Virus record (IMG/VR): IMGVR_UViG_3300040816_000414
Span: 1-34,979 of that record
Length of the DNA stretch: 34,979 bases
DNA from: a virus
Lineage: Duplodnaviria; Caudoviricetes
Direction: 5' to 3' (one strand)
Shown here: piece by piece, positions 12,001 through 18,180 of the stretch
Position numbering within the stretch: the first letter of the stretch is position 1
Layout: each line of letters begins with the position of its first letter
The notes under the pieces: generated by a model
The model's input: the letters and a program-made list of their open reading frames with translations, nothing else
Databases searched by the model: none
Told to the model about the DNA's origin: nothing
Translations under genes and position numbers: made by a program

Positions 12001-12613
12001 CAGTAAGTCTTAAATCATTATCAGTATATAATTCAATTGAGGTATCTGTAAGTACTCTAACAAAAAATGAACTGTTATTTATTTCAGTCATTCCACTTAC
12101 ATCGGATATGCTTACTTTAGTTCCTGTTACAAAACCGTGACTAGTGCTAGTTGTAACTATACAAGGATTTGCCTGTGATATGCTACTAATATTTGCTTGT
12201 ACAGTAGGGTCCCAAAAATATTCTTGATAGTTTACAAATTTGTCTATATCGATAGGTGGTAAAAATGTTTGGAAATTGCTATTAAAAAATTTATTATGAT
12301 TTTTAGTATCAATGCCAAATGTATTAAAAATACTAATTAGTTCATCGTAGAACAAGAAGTTTTCGCTTTCACCTGTTGTTAAGTTTACAGTATTAACTGT
12401 AGGTGCTAAACTGTAGTAGGATCTTTCTATTGTTGGTTCAGATATAAATGCACCATTTACATTATGATCTTCAGAAGATTTAGAACCCACAAAGCCTGAT
12501 ATATTTACAACGTTTGCTTTTGAATATAATTGCTCTACTGTACTTTCAAAGAAGTTTTTTATTGCACTTGTTTGATGTACATTAGGTAATTGTGTATAAA
12601 TCTTATCTGCCAC
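1..12613 (-). CDS. Giant multidomain baseplate wedge/structural protein, >4200 aa, 3'-truncated by the window edge
   Basis: GTG at 12613-12611 overlaps the TAG of the upstream gp6-like gene (TAGTG) and has AAGGG upstream. It translates as MADKIYTQLPNVHQTSAIKNFFESTVEQLYSK... and the same frame reads ...KYAYQMNFGGFGTPAMAGYSYVP at position 2. The ORF track shows no long stop-terminated ORF here, as expected for a frame open to the window edge, and spot translations throughout are open. Motifs (FLPPIDIDKFVNYQEYFW, NIWSRVNFWYHE, YYDTVRPHTHPWEMLGF, FYRGMIQNKGT, YDEWAIKVGDFG) resemble the very large wedge proteins that follow gp6 in jumbo myophages. Confidence 0.85.
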   Translation of the reverse strand, partial: MADKIYTQLPNVHQTSAIKNFFESTVEQLYSKANVVNISGFVGSKSSEDHNVNGAFISEPTIERSYYSLAPTVNTVNLTTGESENFLFYDELISIFNTFGIDTKNHNKFFNSNFQTFLPPIDIDKFVNYQEYFWDPTVQANISSISQANPCIVTTSTSHGFVTGTKVSISDVSGMTEINNSSFFVRVLTDTSIELYTDNDLRLTANSQGYSAFTSGGSIEHKGGPDIITITGSASNPIDIDNDILGKASYTEPNSSTKFVNGQVIKFSGDYVIPQNKADIEYIVEGVGDSIQLVKKNLNFGNLFNPNLTTKNYYTIGRGAGNENIWSRVNFWYHESLYITNTPVSSARAVRPILEYDKNLEMFNHGTTSRGNVDINAGNLKFENVNGSPEEQSIDGVNLTNGTTIIFPKDNVDIAKHVYNVSISANVINLSVATDPVTSANFTLASNETVTVISGTAHKGKDFYLTSTGLIEAQNKSTANQAPLFNLYNDDLKYLGNESLYPLNNFTGSKIFAHKLGTGTNDAEYGFPISFKPFKSSSEVEYENFIDTVRYSYTAIGSTTETSQNGYYYYKLLKSTPEYHTYLKNASNKNKQRIITKFELSIFDIDESKTKFYIGCIPNVDTDNSSGYDIEVLVNGKKREDFTYSDTGYITFTSFNFAVNDLIDISVLSDSGLLSNDSISKYELPLSWRGNPFNNDVTTIAEPEYLPHFKSYIQDQKNFTGNVLSSNNFANLEKEPSKADQIIQATQDTILGAFLLDDQEHNLVDALRFNNREYTRYKRRFKKELTNYFNVTDVTDLSNEFILEKVLRSLISYSVGKKVFNQTYILPFGDNYTEEKFSISSLDQVSYTLTNYADLDKIENSLLVYLVDSNNNRTLLEVDTDYTITSFNPITVTLSATSGYAIGNTIISKLYNQDRDSAQCPPTPSTMGLYPLYTPTIEVDSSFQTEQSLLVGHDGSKTSLYNDRRDDILLEFEKRIYNSAKAEFRENNSLADLNVAVVKPGAFRNTFYSQNDWNDLLNLNYANWVSSNNLDAVTNEFYDADDSWTWNYRGDSDLPGHWRGWYEYYYDTVRPHTHPWEMLGFTEIPSWWINQYGADYSLSNTSLWHDLEHGIIRRGTRENFTNSLYLESNFNPFIRKGLKNYYPIDDNGALRSPYDITSTQTTTRTVSYTNASANTSTDPEYNNGAIIDVTGDGSNFFKREVTVNGVRVMAAGSVGGQTAVPDAWVEKVARMFELFTDPDGAGINSTLQRNLIKTLSGDTGTYHAGVPTIQRVARGAGSDYSTNFLTDSGITFWNLTNLFDNTVQNDMVWYLNSTGDGYGDGDADAQEVIEHVFHTIHMHGLPADDIKLYNYLAADWQSGDLYAAMEEAYDAGKWDPSGYQSPSNAWKTDADAFEVAAKEYLFLLNFAMFEYTQLWDGGSLAPEWSDDMRTQAGIQANNPLGYAFHNTYIAPVISKPSLATIRSIFQDGNTPAQDNPALAGLSGYVVDVSSAGYVTTSFLETDGSNVNFDAYNVYITSNNISNYATNKIDTSSDLYPIAEKELTYNVVRADLTTGIAANSTVLPSNAIGVLTNGLPLYNPKSSTSYNNENVWHYDIGYQNKSNRAAGIISSTNADGIIVSHVITEDMSNATAWGNSTTHSGIVGWAFDGLPIYGPYGYTDPSNTSSEITNIKSAFVLKSTNRASGPGGKHTGVFVEDYELGSGNVSNGYADKWNHRTGLTPESPNVQIDYYVVTIDDDGEPMFPYAVGGGTEVFESSNLSFASTYFKIAYDVSNNSNNQGYTVPTSEVAISSTKVITKTFTPARNYTWRIGDGASVENAWKYSEEYPFAVTEGLLLARPGLFATLFSDPIKLYNPTANKKQYLSTVTRRKWDFRDANDFAIHGDINANGEMITNIGYTQFINSWLKFQGLDVNNFADKLRTINLKLGHRLAGYVDKDTMILSLDQYSTTGSSTNLIIPEENITVNVHKSPFKTRNAYSGVIIEKSANGYKIRGYDKTTGYFEYLPGDTRYEKQNVSAGGTPVDYISYTDNTSYEEQVYVEYNDTYYVSKSSVPSSENFNPIYWTSLSALPLENAATGVYYQRDTGVITRAYYETEYTDIQDIFDILAGIGRYQTSLGFDFGQYDADIGDVRNWVYSAKQFLFWTTGSWQIGNTIELSPLASKVMFEAPLGFVAQINKIDRNQFSIMDRQGVAIDPKACDIIRENNVLTVSPPDDNEIYSITLYTAEIEHAMVLDNTTVFADTIYDPFVNQKQNRIKIKATKTANWNGRFLSEGFIIDGDELKPNLDNLAETMGKYHEVGFVPVEKQVYETARSLYGYKERDFLNELDITDDQQFEFYRGMIQNKGTNTSLSRIGRSSSIVQGEMQVYDEWAIKVGDFGDLNNDQTVELKLEKKDVVQDPQLITLSFPEDTTGIIDRIDVLSNTTVYYETPNINIGAPSSGTQALGTVTLNSENKLSSISLTNQGTGYSTAPSVKLEASNTSIILKGNTATSSSAITTINEYGIVDGNITYDYIWPAGVYVDTTTATPSNANSSAQVVSISANSSLRLANVQFTSDNSAIDSIYYNANTSAVSFTEGFFNQYGSSVGVAVVRVDPTISANTTNLSGLGNLIITDNLSGDAATLNLNSISSVSDIVTAINSNGNINASVSANEITSTINLNPSANVQYNANTKAYTGEPSNVSIVSTLSISGSDFTLADDDSNTTLGKLLLSNGRYQPRRRYGFIVANNINDTTLSNLDYANIMQVSIEGTAIDSTKYTLDPGDRWSITNTSGKLTSGSIAFDLDTGIVNSSNTFVSENIANIEGIYEFIDVYVDNVKLENNVDVRVFEVPNVSAISFPDVSKLPNNILDTTSEITIVEKATIDLDTTTVTNDIPGNTLRIIAYTEDDLSLKLGLQRSYDITPDASDDEVILIDIDDTDRFLKKPLGVRDYKLWANTSNVTSYGITDSKFNPLPNSGYINSNNVDFQAFDVPSISNLFDSDVIYKPETNDLIHVAKSENDDWNIYKLSKANATLSFIEQAGGDVTTYLYSKGKSLFDYLDANLIGGNDNGRYLDYHLVLKDTDLVDQFVIWTNEEIVDRKHVSISDFGGINMLEANISSLGPITSANANSSYNNSIYGISSFTPANSGFTNASAVLIGNNTVQINSQTFNLENGDTVEFYAVDQTDTLYSTSNIQYIHANVTTSVSSSSNVITFPSPPAGVDANNLIYFSTYNNDVGAPIDLHSEEATLYLADANSTLSYVNDSNVVIPSGSLPLLGATANSVTLSTIVNNQIKITVNTTGIEEGDTIRLVASNVEFHDSTWEVSNVNSSSNYIIIESDDWIDQSDNLGIVDKDTIGLTGFNLQDVSNLHANSYTVSNVGLTSFTIEDANISANVDSSNLTFSYFGKTQISTTTDHNISSGEFVKVIGGSYSGYHYAETVSANTFVINVPYNANATANTSISNVITQGIQITTTDDHGISGKYVGKRIAVHMAEPRYYNQVFTVSDVPSSNTIIITQGFSYADVANTQSNGAVLTTLDHNKVRMNNADIVVDNINNERAVVSSFNRALDLRRGFIDDENGEFSMSIPMFTSIDKSFKNNGVDPLMTAGGMPYVTDLKSIAGLTQVGVMPIDPMVELPRGFAKDGFITGQKINPATIGDADYDLNPSRVPYSKINSGPFTPKIIGSSLYDPTGSLQSVNFGQAGNGVEFLTSDNAKPLRVPLYNIDKNTVTKPAGLGTAHIGKPIIDPSKAIVQAKKKTCGPEACITQPVPKKPINVPTTKYERTNYGGTVTASNVSGVGKGARWFSSQYSGYYVNTGKSSGQASRSGGTSGKFGIQPRGLFGAVAWYDNGSRSSVSASLTFSVAGTFYLHAYQAGKGDFGTSYVQINGVQTKGKYVGKGGTYNSTGAVYEFTADAGQTITISAVGKGGGNHWGSIAFHISARKDTLTIEGPYRQVTVGGEPTTSNATTSNNLHGKPDLEFCQQTTRSRGVNDDWFFAPAGSGQVDLIFDNFSGADGYQIFQGTSRGQENTLVYSSLPDKIVKASSGEKQELLAQASNLYKTANGQTNKYSPQQTIKDFIISPKNSQGLGVRYGGKLSWYHDSNKGAYIKVRVLKQSSVYRFLIKLPKVAPPIDNPNPGTGCTQVTVYQPGVATPTGGNQSPIYQPTGNPQTTKKGGGGGGYMSVGGAGGGGRGGSGRSRGSQTHKYAYQMNFGGFGTPAMAGYSYVP

Positions 12614-15600
12614 TATTTGTCAGCCCTTAATGTTTGTGAACTAATTTTTTCTACTATTTCTATATCATTAACTGTTGCTGTACTTAAAAACAACTCGTAA
12701 GGTTCAGATTTTACTTGGAATAAATCACCAAAACTACCTGCTGTGTTTTTAGGTAAAATTACTATACTTCCTATAGTATTGCCTAGTTGCTGATGAACAT
12801 AACTTGCTAGTTCTGTAAAGTAAAAAGTTTCACCAAATTCCCAATTATTAATGTTAAAATACTGATTAAATGTTTGAATGACTCTAGACTTTATTTCATT
12901 ATCACTTAAACTTGAACCTGGTATTTTTACAATTCTAAATTTTGCTTGTAAACTTGTATCAGCATCGGTTCCAAACAATCTTTTAAATTCTGCACTTTTA
13001 TAAACAATTACATCACTTGCACTCTTAAATTGATCTAACGATAAGAACTCGTTTGATAATTCTTCATTTGTTGGTGCTAGTGGAAACTCTGTTCCTGTTA
13101 CATTAATATATTTTAAAATCTGTGAGTAGTAGTTATTTGTTAATACAAGCATTTCTACTACATTGCTAATACTAGGATCTATTCTAACATCGTTTGGTGC
13201 TCTGTGATCCCATTTCATAACAACTGGTACTGGATTTGTTTCTAGAGTATTTTGTGTTTCTGCTCTACCGTTTCTTACAAAGTAATCTTTGTTTGATAAA
13301 AGCAGACTTATTGTACCGGGTGTTGTGGTACTTTCTGCACATTTATAAACATTGTTTTCGTCTACAACATATACTAATATGTCTTTGTATTTTCCTATTA
13401 CATTTTCTAATAGTTCTGCAACTGAAAGTGTGTCTACAATAAGCCAATTAATACTAGCAATATCTATTGGGTTTGCAAAACTGCCTGCTGACAATGTTTC
13501 TGATTGAGTTGTGTCTAACGTTGTTTCAGATCTATAATCAACTATGCCGCCTGATACTGGTCTATCGTATTCGTATCCATCAAAGTCTGTAACTTTTTCG
13601 TATATAACTAAATCATTTTGTCCTACAAACTCATCGTATTGTTGCGGTCTATCTGGTACTAAATCACCGTCTGTATCTACAGGCGCAATTTTTACTTTAC
13701 TTGGATCAGTATATCCATCTTCATATTGATATGGGCCTATAATATCCCATTCGATATTGTTTTCTAATTTTTCTCTACTGTTTAGATAACTTACAGTAAT
13801 TTTATCTCTACTAACACCTACAGAATCTGAAGCATATAGATGATTGTTGTCATCTAAATCGTTGTATTGTATTGTTCCTGTTCCAGCAGTAGCATTTGCA
13901 TCTACTAATAGTACACTACCAATTGCTGATGCATTGTATACAGCACCAGTGGCACCATATGAATAAACATTTCCTCCAACTTGTAAGTTGTTACCATGAT
14001 ATATTTCTATAATATTTGTATCTGGATTTAATTGCTTATATGTGATATTGCCTTCGCTACCAGTTAAAATGTTTGTTCCAAATGTTGTATTTGAAAATTC
14101 TATTTGGAAATTTATTGGTAACTTAGATACTGCACCACTAAAGTTTGAAATTGTAACATTAGGTGTTAATGCATTTCCTTGCGGGTCATCAAAAAATGTA
14201 TTAAGTTCTACTATTGCTTCATCAACAAATCTGTCTTTGGAAATAATTGATGCTAAATCGCCTGGATTCGAAATATCGTCTGAAAGTATTCCAAAGTTAC
14301 TTTGCCATTTAATTCTAATATCACTCCATCTAGCATCTCTAGATTTTATTGGAATCATTGGGTTAACACCATTAGGCTCGTAAAATGCATTATTTTCTTG
14401 GCTCTGCCATGAATCGCCTATACCGTCAGCAACTTTAGTTACAACATTAGGTTTATCACTCCACCAAAACTCTTCATCATTAGATGGCTTGTAATTTAAT
14501 GTGTTTAATACAATTTTATCTCTTGTTGCTTTTGTTGTACTGTCTGTAACTTTTACACTATTTACATTATAAAATCTTAAATTATTTTTACTTTCAGCAA
14601 TATATTCTATACCTCTGATTGTAATATTATATCTCCAACTAGTGTTATCAATTGGAGTGTAATCAAATTTGAGTAACCAACTATTATCTTCTGTGTTACC
14701 TATATTTTGTATACCATATGTACTAGTTGTAGTGTTATCAGTATCTCTATCTAATGCAGGTAAGTTTGAATTTGTGATTATATAAAATTCGTTTGTTTCT
14801 ATATTAAATCCTAATCCAAAACTTTTCTTATCATTTATCTGAGAAACTAGTGCTTGTTCTTCACTTGGTGTAAATGTTTTTCTTAGTGTTGTAATAACTT
14901 CGTATGCTCGCCAATCTTCGTTCACGTCAGCACTCAATGACCACGGTCCTACACTAGTACTAAGACCACTTGCTAATGCACCATTATTTTGTACGTCAAT
15001 TATTCTTACCCATTTATATTCGGAAGGTATATCTGGATTTACAAATTTTACAAAGTTATTTTCTTGAAAAACTTGTAGACCTGAAAAACTTGGATTGTTA
15101 TTTACTACAACATCTGATCTATCTATTGCGCCACTGCCATCAGTATCGTAAACTGTTTGTAGCATGTAACCTGTTTTATTTTTTGCTTTTACAGGCAGAG
15201 GTTTCCAACTTATAACTAGTCCTGTTGTGTTTAAAACAGCAGGTCTAATTGCTTGATAAGTTTGTCTAACTTTATTATACATAAAGTTGTTTAAATTTTG
15301 TTCTTTAAAATATGTTGGTAAAATATTTCTTACCACTGTAGATGCAGAATTGTTCTCATTGACAATTAATGATTTATTTAAAAATGCATCTTTTTGTGCA
15401 ATAACACCATCTTCCGTATAAGTCTTTACACTTTGGAAAGTCCCGGTAGGATCATTAATATCTATATATCTGCTATGCCCTGCATGTGTTTTATTTGTTG
15501 CTCTTAACTTTAAAATATTAGAACTTTGACTTAAAGGAAATACGTTATAATCCTGTGCTGATACCATTCTATTTTGAGTATAGAATGTTTGGGGTGCTCT

Positions 15601-16857
15601 TGCTTTAATATTTTCTATTGATTCTGCAGGTAAACTATTGTTTACACTAGATTTTAATTCAAAGCCAAGTGTTAATAAATAATCGTCTCCTGCACCGTTT
15701 GTATATGGAACTGATATAGAAAGATTTCTTGCATCATCAGGTTGTATACTATATCTATCTCCTGCACTTGTTCTATACCAAGTTCTGTAAATACCAGTAG
15801 GAATATTACCAAAGTTGCCATCAGGGAACTTTAATCGTATGCCATCGTTATTTAAATTTTCAATAGCATATAAATTTCTTGTGTTTAAACTTTTACTATT
15901 GTAATTTAGTGTTTGTCCTACTGTGTTAGGTATTTTTGCCCATTGATTTAAAACTGTACCGCCTGTAGATACTTCTTGAACAAATACATCAGTTTCGTTG
16001 ATGCCGTTTACTGCTATATCTTGTATTCTATTTTCTGTTGGCGATGTAAAATTAAAATCTTGAAATTGTAATGTTCCTTGCTTGAACATTAAGAAAAATC
16101 CAGTATTGTCACTTGCTAAACCTAAGCCATCGTTTCTATAAAAGAAATTAAACGGTGCTAGAGGATCAGGTGATACTTCATAAAAATATCCGTTGTCATT
16201 AAAATTGCCGTTTACTATTTCAAATGGTCTACTAGTACCATTGGCGTTAATTGTAAAACTGTATGCAATAGGTGAACCTATAGTTGTATTAATCTGATAC
16301 ATCTCTGTTGGCACACCGCTTACTGAACCTGTTTTGATAGGTGCAGTAAATCTATTAGTAGAACTCATACCAGCATTTAGAATTGTTATAAATTGTTCAT
16401 AACTGTCTGGGTTGTTTGCATCATCCCAAAATACTGTCGAATTGTTTAAACTATTATTTTGGCTATCTGTTAATGGTTCGGAAGTTTTAACTGATACTAG
16501 TTTCATAAGTCCACTAGCCGCAACATTTCTCTTAGGATTGTAACCTAACATCCTTGCAAGTTTAAATACTGAGTCTCTTCTTTCTGCTGTTTCTAAAAAG
16601 TTTTCTCTAGTATTGATATCCATTCTGAATGCAATACTTTGTGATAAAAACGAAAGTAATTCTATAATTGCAATAAATTCAGAACTTTCAATAAAGTCAT
16701 TGAAATTTTCAGGAAAGTTTGTTTTTATATAATTTACAAGAGATGTCTTAATAGAGTCGAAATCATATGCTTGGAAATCTACTTGACTGTAAGCCTTATA
16801 GGCAACTTTCCAGTCTTCTGCCGCAAATAAATTATTTTGTCTATTTACAATAGCCAT
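12613..16857 (-). CDS. gp6: Baseplate wedge subunit, T4 gp6-like (1414 aa)
   Basis: The N-terminus YDFDSIKTSLVNYIK...FNDFIESSEF...RENFLETAERRDSVFKLARMLGYNPKR, the central ESIENIKARAPQTFYTQNRMVSAQDY and the C-terminal WEFGETFYFTEL are gp6/baseplate-J-like motifs. The gene lies directly downstream of a gp25-like gene. Confidence 0.88.
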   Translation of the reverse strand: MAIVNRQNNLFAAEDWKVAYKAYSQVDFQAYDFDSIKTSLVNYIKTNFPENFNDFIESSEFIAIIELLSFLSQSIAFRMDINTRENFLETAERRDSVFKLARMLGYNPKRNVAASGLMKLVSVKTSEPLTDSQNNSLNNSTVFWDDANNPDSYEQFITILNAGMSSTNRFTAPIKTGSVSGVPTEMYQINTTIGSPIAYSFTINANGTSRPFEIVNGNFNDNGYFYEVSPDPLAPFNFFYRNDGLGLASDNTGFFLMFKQGTLQFQDFNFTSPTENRIQDIAVNGINETDVFVQEVSTGGTVLNQWAKIPNTVGQTLNYNSKSLNTRNLYAIENLNNDGIRLKFPDGNFGNIPTGIYRTWYRTSAGDRYSIQPDDARNLSISVPYTNGAGDDYLLTLGFELKSSVNNSLPAESIENIKARAPQTFYTQNRMVSAQDYNVFPLSQSSNILKLRATNKTHAGHSRYIDINDPTGTFQSVKTYTEDGVIAQKDAFLNKSLIVNENNSASTVVRNILPTYFKEQNLNNFMYNKVRQTYQAIRPAVLNTTGLVISWKPLPVKAKNKTGYMLQTVYDTDGSGAIDRSDVVVNNNPSFSGLQVFQENNFVKFVNPDIPSEYKWVRIIDVQNNGALASGLSTSVGPWSLSADVNEDWRAYEVITTLRKTFTPSEEQALVSQINDKKSFGLGFNIETNEFYIITNSNLPALDRDTDNTTTSTYGIQNIGNTEDNSWLLKFDYTPIDNTSWRYNITIRGIEYIAESKNNLRFYNVNSVKVTDSTTKATRDKIVLNTLNYKPSNDEEFWWSDKPNVVTKVADGIGDSWQSQENNAFYEPNGVNPMIPIKSRDARWSDIRIKWQSNFGILSDDISNPGDLASIISKDRFVDEAIVELNTFFDDPQGNALTPNVTISNFSGAVSKLPINFQIEFSNTTFGTNILTGSEGNITYKQLNPDTNIIEIYHGNNLQVGGNVYSYGATGAVYNASAIGSVLLVDANATAGTGTIQYNDLDDNNHLYASDSVGVSRDKITVSYLNSREKLENNIEWDIIGPYQYEDGYTDPSKVKIAPVDTDGDLVPDRPQQYDEFVGQNDLVIYEKVTDFDGYEYDRPVSGGIVDYRSETTLDTTQSETLSAGSFANPIDIASINWLIVDTLSVAELLENVIGKYKDILVYVVDENNVYKCAESTTTPGTISLLLSNKDYFVRNGRAETQNTLETNPVPVVMKWDHRAPNDVRIDPSISNVVEMLVLTNNYYSQILKYINVTGTEFPLAPTNEELSNEFLSLDQFKSASDVIVYKSAEFKRLFGTDADTSLQAKFRIVKIPGSSLSDNEIKSRVIQTFNQYFNINNWEFGETFYFTELASYVHQQLGNTIGSIVILPKNTAGSFGDLFQVKSEPYELFLSTATVNDIEIVEKISSQTLRADK

Positions 16858-16860
16858 TTA

Positions 16861-17229
16861 CTAAACTCCACTCTGAGATATGTACTCTACAAAAAGTGTT
16901 TCACTGCTACTTAACATAACATAACTAATTGTAACTTCTGCTCTTATTGAATGGTCACCTATTAATATATCAATATTATCAAGTGTTGCTCTAGGTTCAC
17001 CATCTATTATTCTTTCAATATCTTCTTTTACTATTTCTTCTAATTCTGGAATATTGGGATCCATTAATAAATCATAAATTATTGTACCATACTCAGGACG
17101 CATAACTCTTTCGCCTTTTTTTGTATACAATTGATTTAAGATATCTCTCTTTATTAATTCAGAATCTACTAGAGTATAAGGTGCTCTAATTTTATCTGCT
17201 GTACTGAATCCTTTAAACAAAATTGCCAT
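16861..17229 (-). CDS. gp25: Baseplate wedge subunit, gp25/GPW-like (122 aa from ATG 17229)
   Basis: LIKRDILNQLYTKKGERVMRPEYGTIIYDLLMDP...EPRATL is the gp25/GPW signature. ATG 17229 (MAILFKGFST) is preferred over the TTG at 17244, which lies inside the promoter motif. Confidence 0.9.
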   Translation of the reverse strand: MAILFKGFSTADKIRAPYTLVDSELIKRDILNQLYTKKGERVMRPEYGTIIYDLLMDPNIPELEEIVKEDIERIIDGEPRATLDNIDILIGDHSIRAEVTISYVMLSSSETLFVEYISQSGV

Positions 17230-17234
17230 ACTTG

Positions 17235-17265
17235 TATTTATCAAAAGTATTAAAAGATGTTTTAA
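17235..17265 (-). promoter_or_regulatory. Late promoter GATAAATA with upstream TTAAAAC-ATCT-TTTAAT box
   Basis: Minus strand reads TTAAAACATCTTTTAATACTTTTGATAAATACAAGTATG. It resembles the T4 gp55 late promoter TATAAATA, and the same architecture recurs at three other sites in the window. Confidence 0.7.
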
Positions 17266-17271
17266 TAAGAC

Positions 17272-17300
17272 TTGACTTAATCAAAAATGTGCTGTATAAT
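17272..17300 (+). promoter_or_regulatory. Sigma70-type promoter
   Basis: TTGACT (17272-17277), 17-nt spacer, TATAAT (17295-17300), upstream of the 67-aa ORF. Confidence 0.75.
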
Positions 17301-17351
17301 GTAGAATACACAAAAATTGTTTAAATAGTACTACACTCAAATTGGGGAAAT

Positions 17352-17555
17352 ATGCAAAATTTAACTACAAAAGACCTTAATAACACACTAGAAGAAGAAC
17401 TAAGAATTATGCTCGTTGAGAAAAACAATGAGAATAATAGTCTTAGAGGTACAATTGAATTACTAGAACAAGCCGTTGCAGAAGAACAAGAACAAAAATA
17501 CAGATTACTTGTTGAGAATGCTGATTTAAAAAAAGAAATTAAGAGTCTTAGTTAA
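17352..17555 (+). CDS. Small coiled-coil hypothetical protein (67 aa)
   Basis: Has its own consensus promoter, GGGGA upstream of the ATG and an E/L/K/N heptad-like composition. It fills the gap between two minus-strand genes. Confidence 0.7.
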   Translation: MQNLTTKDLNNTLEEELRIMLVEKNNENNSLRGTIELLEQAVAEEQEQKYRLLVENADLKKEIKSLS

Positions 17556-18180
17556 TAGAATCTTTTTGATCTGGTAGCACTGGTGGAGTTCCAGTTCTAA
17601 ATATACCTGCTTTTCTATATGCTCTATCTTTAATTCCTATTAGAATTTCACGTTGTTGTTTGAATGACAACGTCGTTCCTTGATGCATGTTTATATATTG
17701 GTTCAACTCTGCTTGTATGTCTAACCAACCAGGTGTAGAAAATAACTCTGCTTCAAACTGACGTCTTTGTACATAATCCTCTCTGACTGTAGGTCTAGTG
17801 TTTGGTCCTTTAGTACCAGTTCTCCATCTTTGCATTTTGCTAACAACATCTTCGTACCTGCCGTTATTAAGAGATTCTAGAACACCGCTATTTGAAAAAT
17901 TCTCTATTCCTATGTGATGTGCAAAACTTGTAAGTGCAGTAAATTGATATTCGTTTAATGGTACTTTTACAAGATTCTTTACTTGCTCACTTATGAATGT
18001 TAAATCTGCATTAAAAATTAGTTCTTCTGCTTTAGGTCCTACTCCGTTATTTACATCGACATACGTCATTCCTGTTTTCTTGTTTCTGAAAATAATACTT
18101 CCACCATCAACGTCCATGGTATACCCTGCTTTATCTAGATCCATCAATACTTGTAAATATGTATCTGTAACGTCTGCCAT
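17548..18180 (-). CDS. GH24 (phage lysozyme)-like protein, apparently lacking the N-terminal catalytic segment
   Basis: VKNLVKVPLNEYQFTALTSFAHHIGIENFSNSGVLESLNNGRYEDV...RW...RRQFEAELF matches the C-terminal lobe of GH24 lysozymes. The start overlaps the stop of the spike gene (TAATG). Confidence 0.75.
   Translation of the reverse strand: MADVTDTYLQVLMDLDKAGYTMDVDGGSIIFRNKKTGMTYVDVNNGVGPKAEELIFNADLTFISEQVKNLVKVPLNEYQFTALTSFAHHIGIENFSNSGVLESLNNGRYEDVVSKMQRWRTGTKGPNTRPTVREDYVQRRQFEAELFSTPGWLDIQAELNQYINMHQGTTLSFKQQREILIGIKDRAYRKAGIFRTGTPPVLPDQKDSIN

Noticed and set aside
12611-12615. TAG read-through or stop-codon recoding joining gp6 and the giant ORF
   Set aside because: The two ORFs are in different frames, and all genes are intact under the standard code with TAG used as a normal stop.
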